A DNA stretch of 64,000 nucleotides from Mustelus asterias (GCF_964213995.1 NC_135827.1:21080001-21144000), one strand, 5' to 3'. Shown: positions 24,379 to 36,531, numbered from the stretch's first letter. Notes: generated from the letters alone by a model not told the origin. Translations and numbers: made by a program.

Positions 24379-25263
24379 TATTTGCTACCAAATAAACCTG
24401 TTGGACTTTAACCTGGTGTTGTGAGACTTCTTACAGAGATAAACCAAGACATTGATATTTGTGGATCAATGCTTCTCACACCTGTGTGACATTTCTTTTG
24501 CCTACTGTATTCACTGACATTATACCACTTAAAGCACAATGGTTAATACTTTTGTTAAAGCAGGTGACAAAGGAATGCCATACAAATGTTTTAAGTGCTT
24601 AACTACTAATTGTCAATAGACTTTGTGTTGAGATTGTGCTTTGGTGTCAATTTGGGCAGCTATGCCTTTCTGAGAAAGTCATGGTATTAATATAGAAAAG
24701 GCCTGAAGAAAAGGATGAGAAATTGCAAGAATTAGTGGTCAGGTGACATCACACTTTGGTTACAAAAGTCTGTAAACTGCAGGAGAAACGCATCACGGAG
24801 GGAAGTAAGGCATTCCACATTTCTGAGGTTTTGAGGTGCTAAGTTTGGTTTCGATATGCCGACAATGCTGAGAACAGGAAGTGTGGGTGGGAGGGACAGT
24901 GTATTTGGATCGCAAGAGGATCAGGAAAGTTGAGCTTGGCACCAGTAACAAAATCATGAACAATCACAACACAAGGGAAAATTAAATGGTTTCTGAAGCA
25001 GTGCAAAAAATGTTCCAGCAGCATCGCTGCAGTAAAGAGTGGTATTTTCCAGCTCTTTCCCGCTGGCGGGATCATCTGGTGTTGCCAAAGGCATCCTGAC
25101 CCACGGCTGATTCCCCAGCAGCAGGACTGGCGAGCTGCACAAAGGGCTGTGGACATCGGTGGGACTGAAATATCCCGCCAGCAACCAATGGCGAGCTACC
25201 TCCGTCGTCAGAAAAATGTTCCATTCTGCAGGGTTGGGATGCGGGGGGTGAAAGTCCTACCCT

Positions 25264-26045
25264 AAAGCTACGACTCTCACCAACTTTTACAGGTGCACCA
25301 TAGAAAGCATTCTTTCTGGTGGTATCATAGCTTGGTATGGCTCCTGTTCTGCCCAAGACCGCAAGAAACTACAAAAGTTTGTGAATGTAGCCCAGTCCAT
25401 CATGCAGACCAGCCTCCCACCCATTGACTCTGTCCACACTTTCCGCTGCCTCAGAAAAGTAGCCAGCATAATTAAAGACCCCGTGAACCCCGGACATTCT
25501 CTTTTCCACCTTCTTCTGGCGGGAAAAAGATAGTGAAGCCTGAGGTCACGAACCAACTGATTCAAGAACAACTTCTTCCCTGCTGCTGTAAGACTTTTGA
25601 ATGGACCTACCTTATATTAAGTTGACCAACTAACCACCCCTCCTTACTCCCACCCTCCTGCATTTTGATGTTTGGCCTTGGAATTGTACGAATTTCACCT
25701 GGCTCGAGTCCAAAGGTCAAGTGAGAGAAGATCTAAAGAATAATCTTTTGAGTAATTGGGTACGGAGTGGCAATCTGATGCTGATTACCACTCCAAGGAA
25801 ATGTGGCCCAATCTCTCATTAATAACCTTGTCATAATCTTCTTTCAGAATGACTTCAATCACCTTAGCTTTAGTCAAAAAGCCCCATCTTCTGAAATGTC
25901 CTCATAACTCCTCATTCCTATAATAAGTTGACCTTTCTCTACACCCTGGCCATGACTACATTCGGCACTCTTTCCTTTCCTTCTCTATGAATGGTATGCT
26001 TTGTCTGAATAGCGTGCAAGAAACAATACTTTTCACTGTACACTG
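25264..26045 (+). mobile_element. Rex1/Babar LINE 3' fragment, tail interrupted by a ~300-bp local duplication
   Basis: Homologous to 14980-15490 in reverse orientation. Confidence 0.75.
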
Positions 26046-27239
26046 ACCAAAAATGCAATTTAAATTGCAAACTATGGATGATTTTGACAAGGCTATACCA
26101 ATAGTTCCTCTGAAAAAGTTAGAAGAGTTAAAACTTCTCCTAAGTTCTGAGTAATCATTGCAAACGCCCAGACTGGCCGCATCAAGGGGGCCCCCCAACA
26201 CCTCTCGGGGACTCCCCCCACACCCCTGATCTCAAAGGGAGCAGCCCCCATCCCCAACTAACCACCCCTCCTTACTCCCACCCTCCTGCATTTTGATGTT
26301 TGGCCTTGGAATTGTACGAATTTCACTTGGCTCGAGTCCAAAGGTCAGGTGGGAGAAGATCTAAAGAATAATTTTTTGAGTAATTGGGTACGGAGTGGCA
26401 ATCTGATGCTGATTACCACTCCAAGGAAATGTGGCCCAATCTCTCATTAATAACCTTATCATAATCTTCTTTCAGAATGACTTCAATCACCTTAGCTTTA
26501 GTCAAAAAGCCCCATCTTCTGAAATGTCCTCATAACTCCTCATTCCTATAATACTCCAGTGAATCCAGGCTGCACCTTTTCCAACCTTTATTTTTCCTCT
26601 TCCTCTAACGGCAGTTCAAGTCTACAAACAACATTCTAACCTCAGCAAATCAAACAAGTTCAGCACAATTTTATTTGTATTCTATGGGCTGAATTTTCTG
26701 GCCTTTCCTGCCGGTGGGATCTTCCAGTCTTGCTGATGGCAATTGCCGTCGTGGGTTCCCCGGTGGCGGAGGGTAAGAGTCATGCAAAATGCTGTTGACA
26801 TTGGCAGGACTGGAAGATCCCACCGGCAGCAAATGGTGAGCTATCTCCATGGCCAAAAAACCCGCTGCAGGAGCGCTGGAAAATTCCACCCCAGGAATCC
26901 AGATGCTAAAGTAAGGAGTCTGTTTACAGTTCTTTGGCCTTCCCCGTTTACTTGTCTATCTGCACACCTAGTTTGCTTCAAAAATCAAATTCACATAAAT
27001 CATCTTTTCTTTCATTTAAAAGTGTATTAACTCAATTTATTTCCATGTTGAATTGCATCTGCTACCCATATTCTAATTTTATTAAGTCTATCTTTGTCAT
27101 TCTGATCACAAGTTTCTACGTCTTTCAATTTCACATGACCAAAGTTGACATTTTTGCCTCAACTCCCGGAAACAGATCATTTAAGTATTATTAGTGGTGA
27201 ACATACAGATCACTGTGGAATACCAGTCAAACTGTCCAT

Positions 27240-27797
27240 ACGACATAGGAGCAGAATTAGGCCACTCGGCCCATCGAGTCTGCTCCACCATTCAATCATG
27301 GCTGATATTTTTCTCATTCCCATTCTCCTGCCTTTTCCCCATAACCCCTGATCCCCTTATTAATCAAGAACCTATCTATCTCTGTCTTAAAGACACTCAA
27401 TGACCTGGCCTCCACAGCCTTCTGCGGCAAAAAGTTCCATAGGTTCACCACTCTCTGGCTGAAGAAATTCCTCCTCATCTCTGTTTTAAAGGATCGTCCC
27501 TTTAGCCTGAGATTGTGCCCTCTGGTTCTAGTTTTTCCTATTAGTGGAAACATCCTGTCCACGTCCACTCTTTCCAGGCCTCGCAGTATACTGTAAGTTT
27601 CAATAAGATCCCCCCCTCATCCTTCTAAACTCCAACGAGTACAGACCCAGCGTCCTCAACCATACCTCATACGACAAACTCTTCATTCCAGGGATTATTC
27701 TTGTGAACTTCCTCTGGACCCTTTCCAAGACCAGCACATCCTTCCTTAGATATGGGGCCCAAAACTGCTCACAGTACTCCAAATGGGGTCTGACCAA
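27240..27797 (-). mobile_element. CR1/HER1 LINE 3' end
   Basis: LVRPHLEYCEQFWAPYLRKD; FFSQRVVNLWN. Confidence 0.85.
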
Positions 27798-28071
27798 GAA
27801 ACTTCCTTTATCTTGACTCTTTGCTTTGTGCTCTTCAATAATTTCTGGGGCTAAGCACACAAGTCACTACTTTTATTGTGAAGCTGTATAACTTAGCAAA
27901 TATTTTTTGAAAACTCACATAACCTGCATCCGCTGCAATTTCTCTCTGTTTTTAAAGGACTCTATGAGTTGGTTCAAACATAACCTGCCCTTTACAGCTA
28001 TGTGCCAACTGGTCCTGTCCCTCCTCTCAGTAATTTTGTCCTACATTATAGAGTCCAGTAGTTTACCAATA

Positions 28072-28653
28072 TGTTGTGATAACCCCCATGACTTGCATGG
28101 GGAAATCACTAATTGACTTCCCAGCAGGATTTGTTGAATACAAGCTCCCTGGAGATTGGTAATTAACCAACCAGGTGGAGCTCATATACCGAGGCGGTGG
28201 CACAGTGGTGAGCACTGCTGCCTCACAGTGCCAGGGACTTGGGTTTAATTCCCAACTTGGGTCGCTGTCCATGTGAAGATTGCATCTTTTCCCTGCGTGG
28301 GTTTGCTCCAGGTGCTCCGGTTTCCTCCTACAGTCTGAAAGACGTGCTGGTTAGGTGCATTGGCCATGCTAAATTCTACCTCAGTGTACCCGAACAGGCA
28401 CTGGAGTGTGGCGACTAAGGGATTTTCACAATAACCTCATGGCAGTGTTAATGAAAGCCTACTTGTGACACTAACAAATTATTATTTTTAAAAAACCTTG
28501 TATAAAGCAAGACCATGAGTGGGTTCATTAGCCTTTAGTCCCCAGTGGAACGTGTGTTCACCACAGGCTTGTGGTTTTTGTTTATGTTATTTTGTGCAAT
28601 AAAAGCACTGTTCTTTGGCAGCTGACTCCTGGAGTTATTATACATGTGTAACA
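28072..28653 (+). mobile_element. Probable solo LTR interrupted by a V-SINE
   Basis: TGTTG...TATAAA...AATAAA...TGTAACA organisation; TSD not clear. Confidence 0.4.
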
Positions 28654-29100
28654 TTAAAATCCAGCTTTATCTACCTTTTGAATATCTTGTCATCTCACAA
28701 GGCACTCCCTGGCATAATTTTCTTGACCAAGGAGTTTAGAAAATTTTCAAAGCCTTTAATACAACTTTTTAAGAATCCTTCAATATCCTGATATGTGAAC
28801 TTTATTTCAGTACAGTACAATTTATCATTGAAACCTGGAGAATTTTACTGAGATAGAAATTTTAACTTCCTACATCGTAGTCCAACCATGACTGCTAAAT
28901 ATTTCCCATACCGGATTAATAGAAAATGTTGGTTTCAAAAGTATTGCAAGATAATATAATAGTTTTGTCTTTATCCACAATCCAATTTATCTCCTAACTT
29001 TCTGGTATCGCAAACCATCATATAACATCCAGAACACAAGTGGCGAAATTCTGAATGTTTAAAAAGATACTCTAGAAAGCCCTGGCTTGATGTGAACAAC

Positions 29101-29141
29101 CTATTTAGTCCCAGTGAGAGACTGGGACATGAAAAAATAAC
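29101..29141 (-). CDS. Candidate terminal exon of copy A (tail GYFFMSQSLTGTK*)
   Basis: Plausible phase-1 acceptor (ttcttgcttgtcag) 145 nt past the TM donor, stop at 29103-29101, minus-strand AATAAA at 28806-28801. Alternative acceptors exist (see findings). Confidence 0.3.
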
Positions 29142-29286
29142 CTGACAAGCAAGAACATTCACAAACACGTTATTGCAAAGGGCTAGAGTCACACCAGCTA
29201 GTGGAAAACCACATCATTTTACAGCTCGCTATTGATGTCAATGGTAAGGTTAACACCTATGCCCAAAGCCTTATTTTAAGTTTTAC

Positions 29287-29388
29287 CTTTCAATTGTCTC
29301 TTGCAGATCAGACATAAACATATTGTTACCACAGCGATGAATCCAATAACAGTAATGACTGGAACTAGAATGTGAAGCAATGAAGCAA
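29287..29388 (-). CDS. IgSF receptor copy A, exon 5: uncharged transmembrane exon (VASLLHILVPVITVIGFIAVVTICLCLICKRQLK|G)
   Basis: Acceptor tctctttcacag|TT, donor G|gtaaaa; 102 nt, phase 1-1, open; hydrophobic run followed by basic KRQLK. Too short for the ORF track; translated by hand. Confidence 0.85.
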
Positions 29389-29674
29389 CTGTGAAAGAGA
29401 AAATAAATCATGATGAAATCACAATTAATGACAAGAATCATAACATTTAAACAACGTATTTGAAGTGCTAGAGGATGTCACTGAGAGGCATGAATAAATG
29501 TCATATGAATGCAATTCTTTAAATGTTTATTTGACAACAGTGTAGCCATTTTCTTCAATTTTGTACCCATCACATTGCAATTAATCGATAACATCGCCTA
29601 GGTTCATCTTCTAATTGCTGTGCCAAACACTAAAAAGTGCTGTGGAAAAGCAAATTGCTGATGTTAAGGCTATA

Positions 29675-30090
29675 TATCTGGGGCTGTACTCGATGGAGTT
29701 CAGAAGGATGAGGGGGGGATCTTATTGAAACTTATAGAATACTGAAAGGCCTCAATAGAGTGGACGTGGGGAAGATGTTTCCATCAGTAAGAGAGATTAG
29801 GATCCGAGGGCATAGCCTCAGAGTAAAGGGACGACACTTTAGAATGGAGAATTTCTTCAGCCAGAGGGTGGTGAATCTGTGGAATTCACTGCCACAAAAG
29901 GCTGTGGAGGACAGGTCATTCATGTATTTAAGGCAGAGATATATAGGTTCTTGATTGGTAAAGTGGTCAAAGGGTACGGGGAAAAGGCGGGCGAATGGGG
30001 TTGAGAAACTAATCAGCCATGATTGAATGGCGGCGGAACAGACTCGATGGGCTAAATGGCCTATTTCTGTTCCTATATCTTATGGTCTTA
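29675..30090 (+). mobile_element. CR1/HER1 LINE 3' end in the copy A exon4-TM intron
   Basis: GLYSMEFRRMR...FFSQRVVNLWNSLPQKAVE and tail. Confidence 0.85.
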
Positions 30091-30344
30091 TAAAAAATAA
30101 TGTCAATCGTGGACAAATGTGTGTTAACCCATAAGTGGTTAAACATGACCATGTCTTGGGGATGGGATGTATTATTTTCTATACAAGTCCATTTTAAAGT
30201 AGAATAAATATTACAAGCCTACACATTCTGAGCCCAAGAAAGAAGATACTTGACAGTTCATCTGTGCTCCCAATTTTCTGAAAGTATTATTCCCTGTAAC
30301 AAACACTGCAATCTTCACACATGTATTATAACAAGCATGTTTAC

Positions 30345-30659
30345 CTTTCACACCTACTATACGAACACTTGCGTTTCTCCAGCCATAGCTATTGTTCGCC
30401 ACACACCAGTACACTCCTCCATCTATAGACTGGAAATTTATCTTTACATTTGAACAATTCAATCCAGATTCAAGTCGTGAGATTTCAGTGTAGTTTTCAC
30501 TGTCCTTCATCCAGATCACAGTGGAAATCGGGTTACTATCCACACAACATTTCAGTTCCAGGAACGAGCCCATTGGGACAGTGATGGAGCTATTGGTCTG
30601 ATGACGATAATTGTCACTGCTGGCCAACCTATACATTATAGTGGGATCTTGTGGTCCAT
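30345..30659 (-). CDS. IgSF receptor copy A, exon 4: C2/I-set Ig domain (Siglec/CD22/MAG-like)
   Basis: Acceptor tttactgttag|AT, donor G|gtaaac; 315 nt, phase 1-1; YGP...LKCCVDSNP...W...GVYWCVANNSYG. Confidence 0.92.
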
Positions 30660-30930
30660 CTAACAGTAAAGATAATGTACACTTAATTTTATGTAAAAAA
30701 CATATGAATATAATGCATACAGAGATAGAATTAGTTAACAAGAACCTGCTCCTACATAGCACACTTCTGATAGGAAAACACCCCAAAATGATTCTTAACA
30801 GTGAAATCAAAAATAAACTGTGTAGAGAGACGGTGATTATTATTCTGCTGGAAGAGTTCACAAAGTGAACTGGGGAGACTGTGGCGTAGCGGTAATGTCA
30901 GTGGGATAGTAATCTAGATGAAGCTTTTCT

Positions 30931-31266
30931 GGGCGGCACAGTAGTTAGCACTGCTGCTTCACAGCTCCAAAGACCTGGGTTCGATTCCCGGCTTGGGTCA
31001 CTGTCTGTGTGGAGTTTGCACATTCTCCTCGTGTCTGCGTGGGTTTCCTCCGGGTGCTCCGGTTTCCTCCAACAGTCCAAAGATGTGCGGGTTAGGTTGA
31101 TTGACCATGCTAAAATTGCCCCTTCGTGTCCTGAGATGCATAGGTTAGAGGGATGAGTGGGTAAATATGTAGGGATATGGGGTAGGGTCTGGGTGGGATT
31201 GTGGCCGGTGCAGACTCGATGGGCTGAATGGCCTCTTTCTGTGCTGCAGGGTTTTTATGATTCTAT
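30931..31266 (+). mobile_element. HE1 SINE present only in copy A
   Basis: Absent at the equivalent position (~54998) in copy B. Confidence 0.85.
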
Positions 31267-32265
31267 GAAAGTCACAGGAGAAAGAGTAAACAGGACAGGA
31301 GGCAGATTGTCAGTATTAGCCCTCATTAGGTGCATTGGTGTGGAAGATAGAAAAGAGAACAGCATGCAGCAGTTGGGTTTGTTGTTCATACAGAGGCAGT
31401 GATTATTGAAAGGCAAGGAGGGAAGCTATGGATTTGTCCAAGAAGGAGTGAAGCCTGAGAGAACACCAGGAGAGTAAGAAAATAGAGGAATAGTGAAAGG
31501 TTAGTGTAAGGCTATATCCAAGAAGAAAGAAATGAAAGGAGGTATGACAGAATAACAGGAAGGGTGAGAAAAAGCCCAATAGAGAGAGAAAAGAAAAAGG
31601 GTGATAAAAATAATTGGGACCAGGTCTGGAACAGCAAACAAAGTGGACACAGGGGAATCCCATTCCTGGGATGAAGGGTTTATCCTATGAAGAAATACTG
31701 CTCAGTTTGGAGTTATACCCATTGGAGTTGATCTTATTAAAGCATTTAAGATTTTGAGGGCACTTTATTGAGTCGATGGAGGGAGAATGTTTCCTCTTGC
31801 GGGGGAAACTGAAATTGGAGACATAGTTTAAGAAAAAGAGGTCTATCTTTTCAGACAAAGTTGAGATTTTTTTTCCTCAGAGGGTTGTTAATCTGTGGAA
31901 TTCTCTTCATCAGCATGGAGTGAAGGCTGAGTGTTTAAACTGATTCAAGTCTAAGTTGAATAGATTTTTGACAGACAAGAGAGCCAAAATTTACATGGGG
32001 CAGACAGGAAAGTGGAGTTGTGACCTCAATCAGATCAGCCGTGATTATATTGGAATGATGGAGCGAGTTCAAAGGCCAAATGGCCTACACCTGGACCCAA
32101 GTCCTATGTTTCTCTGTCCTATGTTCCTATGAAATTGAGGTTACATAGGCATGGCACAGATACCTACATTCTAGCTGTAAAGAGATAATATGGAAGAGAT
32201 AATAAAAGTTAAAATAAAAATTAGCATTACAGAGTACTCAAAATGTAAAAAAAAACCATACTCAC

Positions 32266-32568
32266 ACATAATGTGAAGTTTGATCTCATTTGTCACTGGC
32301 TGGCTGAAAGTCACATGGTTTATCTGACATGTGCAGACAGTTCCATGGTCAGTCAGTTTTGGGGTGATTTCAAGCTGGCTGGAGGCAACAGGTGTACCAT
32401 TCACTATTGCTCTTGAGGTCTGTGTAGTGATGTTTTTTATGATGTTTTCGCCATGACATGTCCAGATAAAGGTAATGTTCTCAAAGTACAACCCCTTGGC
32501 AGAGCAGGTCAAGTTTGACTTGTGTCCAATAACCAAAGCACCATCCCCAGTGGAGATTTCAGGGGGTC
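32266..32568 (-). CDS. IgSF receptor copy A, exon 3: C1-like (SIRP/nectin D2-like) Ig domain
   Basis: Acceptor ctctctcag|GA, donor T|gtgagt; 303 nt, phase 1-1; motifs LTCSAKGLYFENITFIW and CQINHVTF resemble C1-set CxxxGFYPxxIxxxW and CxVxHxxL. Confidence 0.92.
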
Positions 32569-33873
32569 CTGAGAGAGAAAGGAAAAGAAAAGGTAGAGTC
32601 ACGTTACTAGTTAAGTAACCTTCACTTTAGATTAAACAAATCAAGGAACAAAATACATTCAAGAAATACACTCATGTCACTCTAAATTACTATTCAATCA
32701 GGATTATATATTGTAATTTTTAAGTAGTAATTATCTGATCACAGTAACTGACACACCACAGTCCTATGTTTTACCTTACCTACTGGGTAACATTAATGGC
32801 ACACTAAGACAACTTAATGGTAGCAGAAACTTGCCTTATACGAGTTTATTTTGATTAATTTATATTGGGATTCTTCTCTGTGATTAACACCAAGTAATTA
32901 TCAGGTACTTTCAATAGCTCTGACACCTTTTGTTATATTACTTTATGCTTACACTGAGAACAGTTATTTTGTGCGCATTTCCCATATGTGACCTTCTATA
33001 TGTTCTGCTGCAGTGACATCAACAGTGGACACATGCACAGGAATTCCCAAAAGCCTTTGGCAAAAGATAGAGTCTGATACAACTGGAAGCTTATTGGAAA
33101 ACTTCAGTATGGTCTGACAGCATCTGTGGAGAGAGAATAAAGCCAATGTTTCAAGTCCGGGTGACCTTTCAGTCATCCAGGTGAGGTGGTGGCGTAATGC
33201 TGTAACAGTATCAGCGTTTGAAGATGCTATTGGACATTGTGGGCAGGTTGTGATTCCTGACATGACCTTTTTAGCCTCAAGCTGTAGGCTTTCCATGGCA
33301 AATCTCTATTTGCTTTCTGAAATCCCCTGTTTGATATTTCCTGACAAATAGCAATGTATCACACACTTGTGCAATTTCATCATAATTGATTATATGTCAT
33401 AGTTTTGATTAAAGCTTTGAACCAAAGCATTAAAGGGTGAGGGGGGGAGATGTAAGATGCTTTGTCAGAGAGTCAGTGCAGACTCAATGGGCCGAATGGC
33501 CTCATTCTGCACTCTGGGGATTCTATGGTAACTCTTCCCTTTAGAGATGCTGACTGACCCGCTGTGTATTTCTAACATTTTCAAACCTTTCTTGGATTAT
33601 TGATTTTATATTACTGGTCATATATTGAAGTGGAATAATTTGATATTGAAATTCATTTTAAGATGTGCATTTACAACTTCAACATGTAGTTTGAATATTA
33701 ATAGTTTTAAAATCAGCTGTGGGAGCCTTTGTGGCATGATGGGAAAGGTAGCCAAAACAATAAAGAGACAGTAAAGTTGACAGGGAACTATCCCTGATGT
33801 GAGACAGGAATATCACACAATGGAGAAAAGGGACCATCTGTATCAGCTCTGTGACCAATCTGTTGCTGTACGG

Positions 33874-36460
33874 GGAAGCACAGTGGCTCAGTGGTTAGCA
33901 CTGCTGCCTCACAGCGGCAGGGACCCGGGTTCAATTCCAGCCTCGGGTGACTGTCCGTGTGGAATCTGTACATTCTGCCTGTATCTGTGTGGGCTTCCAT
34001 TGGGAGCTCTGGTTTCCTCCCACAGTCCAAAGATGTGCGAGTTAGGTGGATTGCCCATGTTAAATTGCTCCTTAGTATCCAAAATTGTGCACGTTAGATG
34101 GATTGGCCATGGCAAATGTGTAGGGTTACAGGGATAGAATGGGAGAAAGTGTCTGGGTAATGTACTCTGTCAGAGAGAGTCAGTGCAGACTCAAAGGGCT
34201 GAATTGCCTACTTCTGCTCTGTAGGGATTCTATTATCTCTATGTATAAGACCTCCTGTTTTTCTATAACCAAATATATTACACAGCCTTGGTGTCAGACA
34301 GACATTCTGTAGGAGCAGGACTATTTGTCTATCAGGTATGTTTCTGAATAAAGTGTCAGTTACTGTAAACTACACACTGGAATGGTTTCAATCTTTTGCC
34401 CCAACACATGTAATAATGAATAGCTTTAGATATTTCGAGTATTAACTCGAACTCAAGAACAAAGTCTTGAAAAGCTAACCGAGAATGTTATTGACTTGGT
34501 GAATTTTAGCATTCCACCCGCAGCGGGAATCATAGCGGGCGAAGAGCGGATGAAGGAAAGGTTCATTGAACTCAGGCAGGATTTTCCGGTTTCAGGGTGA
34601 GTGAGGCTGGAAAATCCCACCCAAACATGTTTTAACAAATCCAGTAAATCTTAAAAAGAGTAATGTTTGAACGATTGTATAACTAGCTAATATGAAACAG
34701 CGGGATAATCATAGAATCCCTACAGTGCAGAAGGAGGCCATTCGGCCCATTGAGTCTGCAACAACTACAATCCTACCCAGGCCCTATTCCCGTAACCCCA
34801 CGTATTTACCCTGCCAATCCCCCAATACTAAGGGTCAACTTAGCATGGCCAATCAACCTAACCCGCACATCTTTGGACTGTGGGAGGAAACCAGAGCACC
34901 CGGAGGAAACCCACGCAGACACGGGGAGAACGTGCAGACCCTGTTCAGACAGTGAACCAAGTTGGGAATCAAACCCAGGTCCCTGGCACTGTGAGGCAGC
35001 AGTGAAAACCACTGTGCCACCGTGCCACCCTTGTGGTTTGAATATAATAGATATTGAATTTGTAAGGGATTCACCTTAGTGATGGCCTTTGTACCTCCTC
35101 AGACCCTACAGTAACAAGTGATCACAAACCAGGTTTAGAGAACATCATTCTGAACACCAGCACTCATTTACTTGTACTCTTCTGGGTAGCAACACAATTT
35201 GCTTAAATAACCTGGTGCAACATTGTGTGTGTCTGTTAATAATTTTTGATTGTATGAATGGTTTGGTGAACATGTTGTATCTATAGGGGCGGCATGGTGG
35301 CACAGTAGTTGGCACAGCTGCCTAACAGCGCCAGGGACCTGAACTCAATTCCTGGCTTGGGTCATTGTCTGTGTGGAGTTTGCACATTCTCCCCGAGTCT
35401 GCGTGGGTTTCCTCCTGGTGCTCTGGTTTCCTCCCACAATCCAAAGATGTGGGGGTTAGATGGATTGCCCCTTAGTGTCAGGGGGACGAGCTGGGGTAAA
35501 TGCATAAGGTTATGGGGATAGGGCCTGGGTGGGATTGTGCAGACTCAATGGGTCAAATGGCCTCCTTCTACACTGTAGGATTCTGTAATCTATAATTAAT
35601 ACAGACTATACAGTGAATCTTTAAAGTTGCAAAGTCTTCTTACTTATTACATGATATGCAAAGATTTTACCATAACTCTGTATCCGTGTTCCTGGTCCAC
35701 TTCTCTCGATTGGCGGGTAAAGCGGAATCTTCACCACACAGAGATAATTATAATCAGACTGATCAGAAGAAACATTTTCAAGCTTCAGTGATGTAACACA
35801 GTGATTCAAATGACCCAGAGTAACGTCAGGAATGCAGGTCGGTTTATTGCTGCTATAGGAATAGTTGGAAGCCCTTCGAGAGTTTCTGTACCAGTTTGCA
35901 TGTATCCATTGACGAGAAGTTCCATTATAAATAAATGTACAGGTTATTGTGACTGGCTGTCCTCTCAGGACACTGACCAGACTTGGCTGAGTCACCTCCC
36001 CAATGATCAACACACCTGATGGAATAAAAAGCTTTGTCATTTTCATTTTAAGTTGAGTTGGTCCTGATTTTCAATATAAACTGTTTACATCAAAAACTCA
36101 ATTGAAATAGCATGGAACATGAAAGATCCTGATGGCACAGTGGTTAGCACTGCTGCCTCACAGCGCCAGGGACCTGGGTTTGATTCCCGGCTTGGGTCAC
36201 TGTCTGTGTGGAGTTTGCAGGTCCTCCCCGTGTCTGCATGGGATTCCTCCGGGAGCTCTGGTTTCCTCCCACAGACTAAAGATGCGCAGGTTCGGTCGAT
36301 TAGCCATGCTAAATTGCCCCTTAGTGTCCTGGGGTGTGTAGGTTAGAGGGATTAGTGGGGTAAATATGTGGGATTACAGGAATAGGGCCTGGGTGGGATT
36401 GTTGTCGGTGCAAACTTGATGGGCTGAATGGCCTCCTTCTGCACTGTAGGGATTCTATTT
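33874..36460. mobile_element. Several HE1 SINEs flanking the copy A V exon (33874-34240 +, 34709-35030 -, 35285-35590 +, 36133-36460 +); equivalents in copy B at 59225-61375
   Basis: Recurrent head, V-domain and tail motifs. Confidence 0.8.
35671..36015 (-). CDS. IgSF receptor copy A, exon 2: V-set domain with joined J-like motif (EVTQP...TITC...NWY...YLCVVKIPLYPPIERSGPGTRI)
   Basis: Acceptor ttccatcag|GT, donor G|gtaaa; 345 nt, phase 1-1, open; canonical B-Cys, C-Trp and YxC, plus G-strand GPGT. Confidence 0.92.
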
Positions 36461-36531
36461 ATCTTTCTAAGCCTGAGTTCTAAACAAAGTGAGTATTTGA
36501 GACCTGATATTCTACATTAATATTTTCTTAC

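Larger units (their letters stand above)
23487..24434. mobile_element. Penelope-like element as a ~450-bp-arm palindrome (GIY-YIG 3' end + pLTR, inverted)
   Basis: 23521-23970 is the near-perfect reverse complement of 23985-24434; arms encode VSVLQGGL...EQKLIAKF, matching 63885-64000; 16-bp TSD agagataaaccaagac. Confidence 0.88.

Noticed and set aside
30211-30861. ORF-track 216-aa and 191-aa proteins with hydrophobic N-termini
   Set aside because: The N- and C-terminal extensions are intron read-through; only 30345-30659 and 54477-54791 are bounded by splice sites.
35797-35803. CACAGTG (RSS heptamer) inside the V exon, suggesting V(D)J rearrangement
   Set aside because: It arises from the His-Cys-Val codons mid-domain; there is no nonamer at 12 or 23 bp, and the J-like segment is already joined in the exon. 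Most other CACAGTG hits are part of SINE heads.
35621-36046. Ig/TCR/IgNAR variable gene assignment
   Set aside because: No RSS, D or J segments; V is spliced in the germline to C1, C2 and TM exons.
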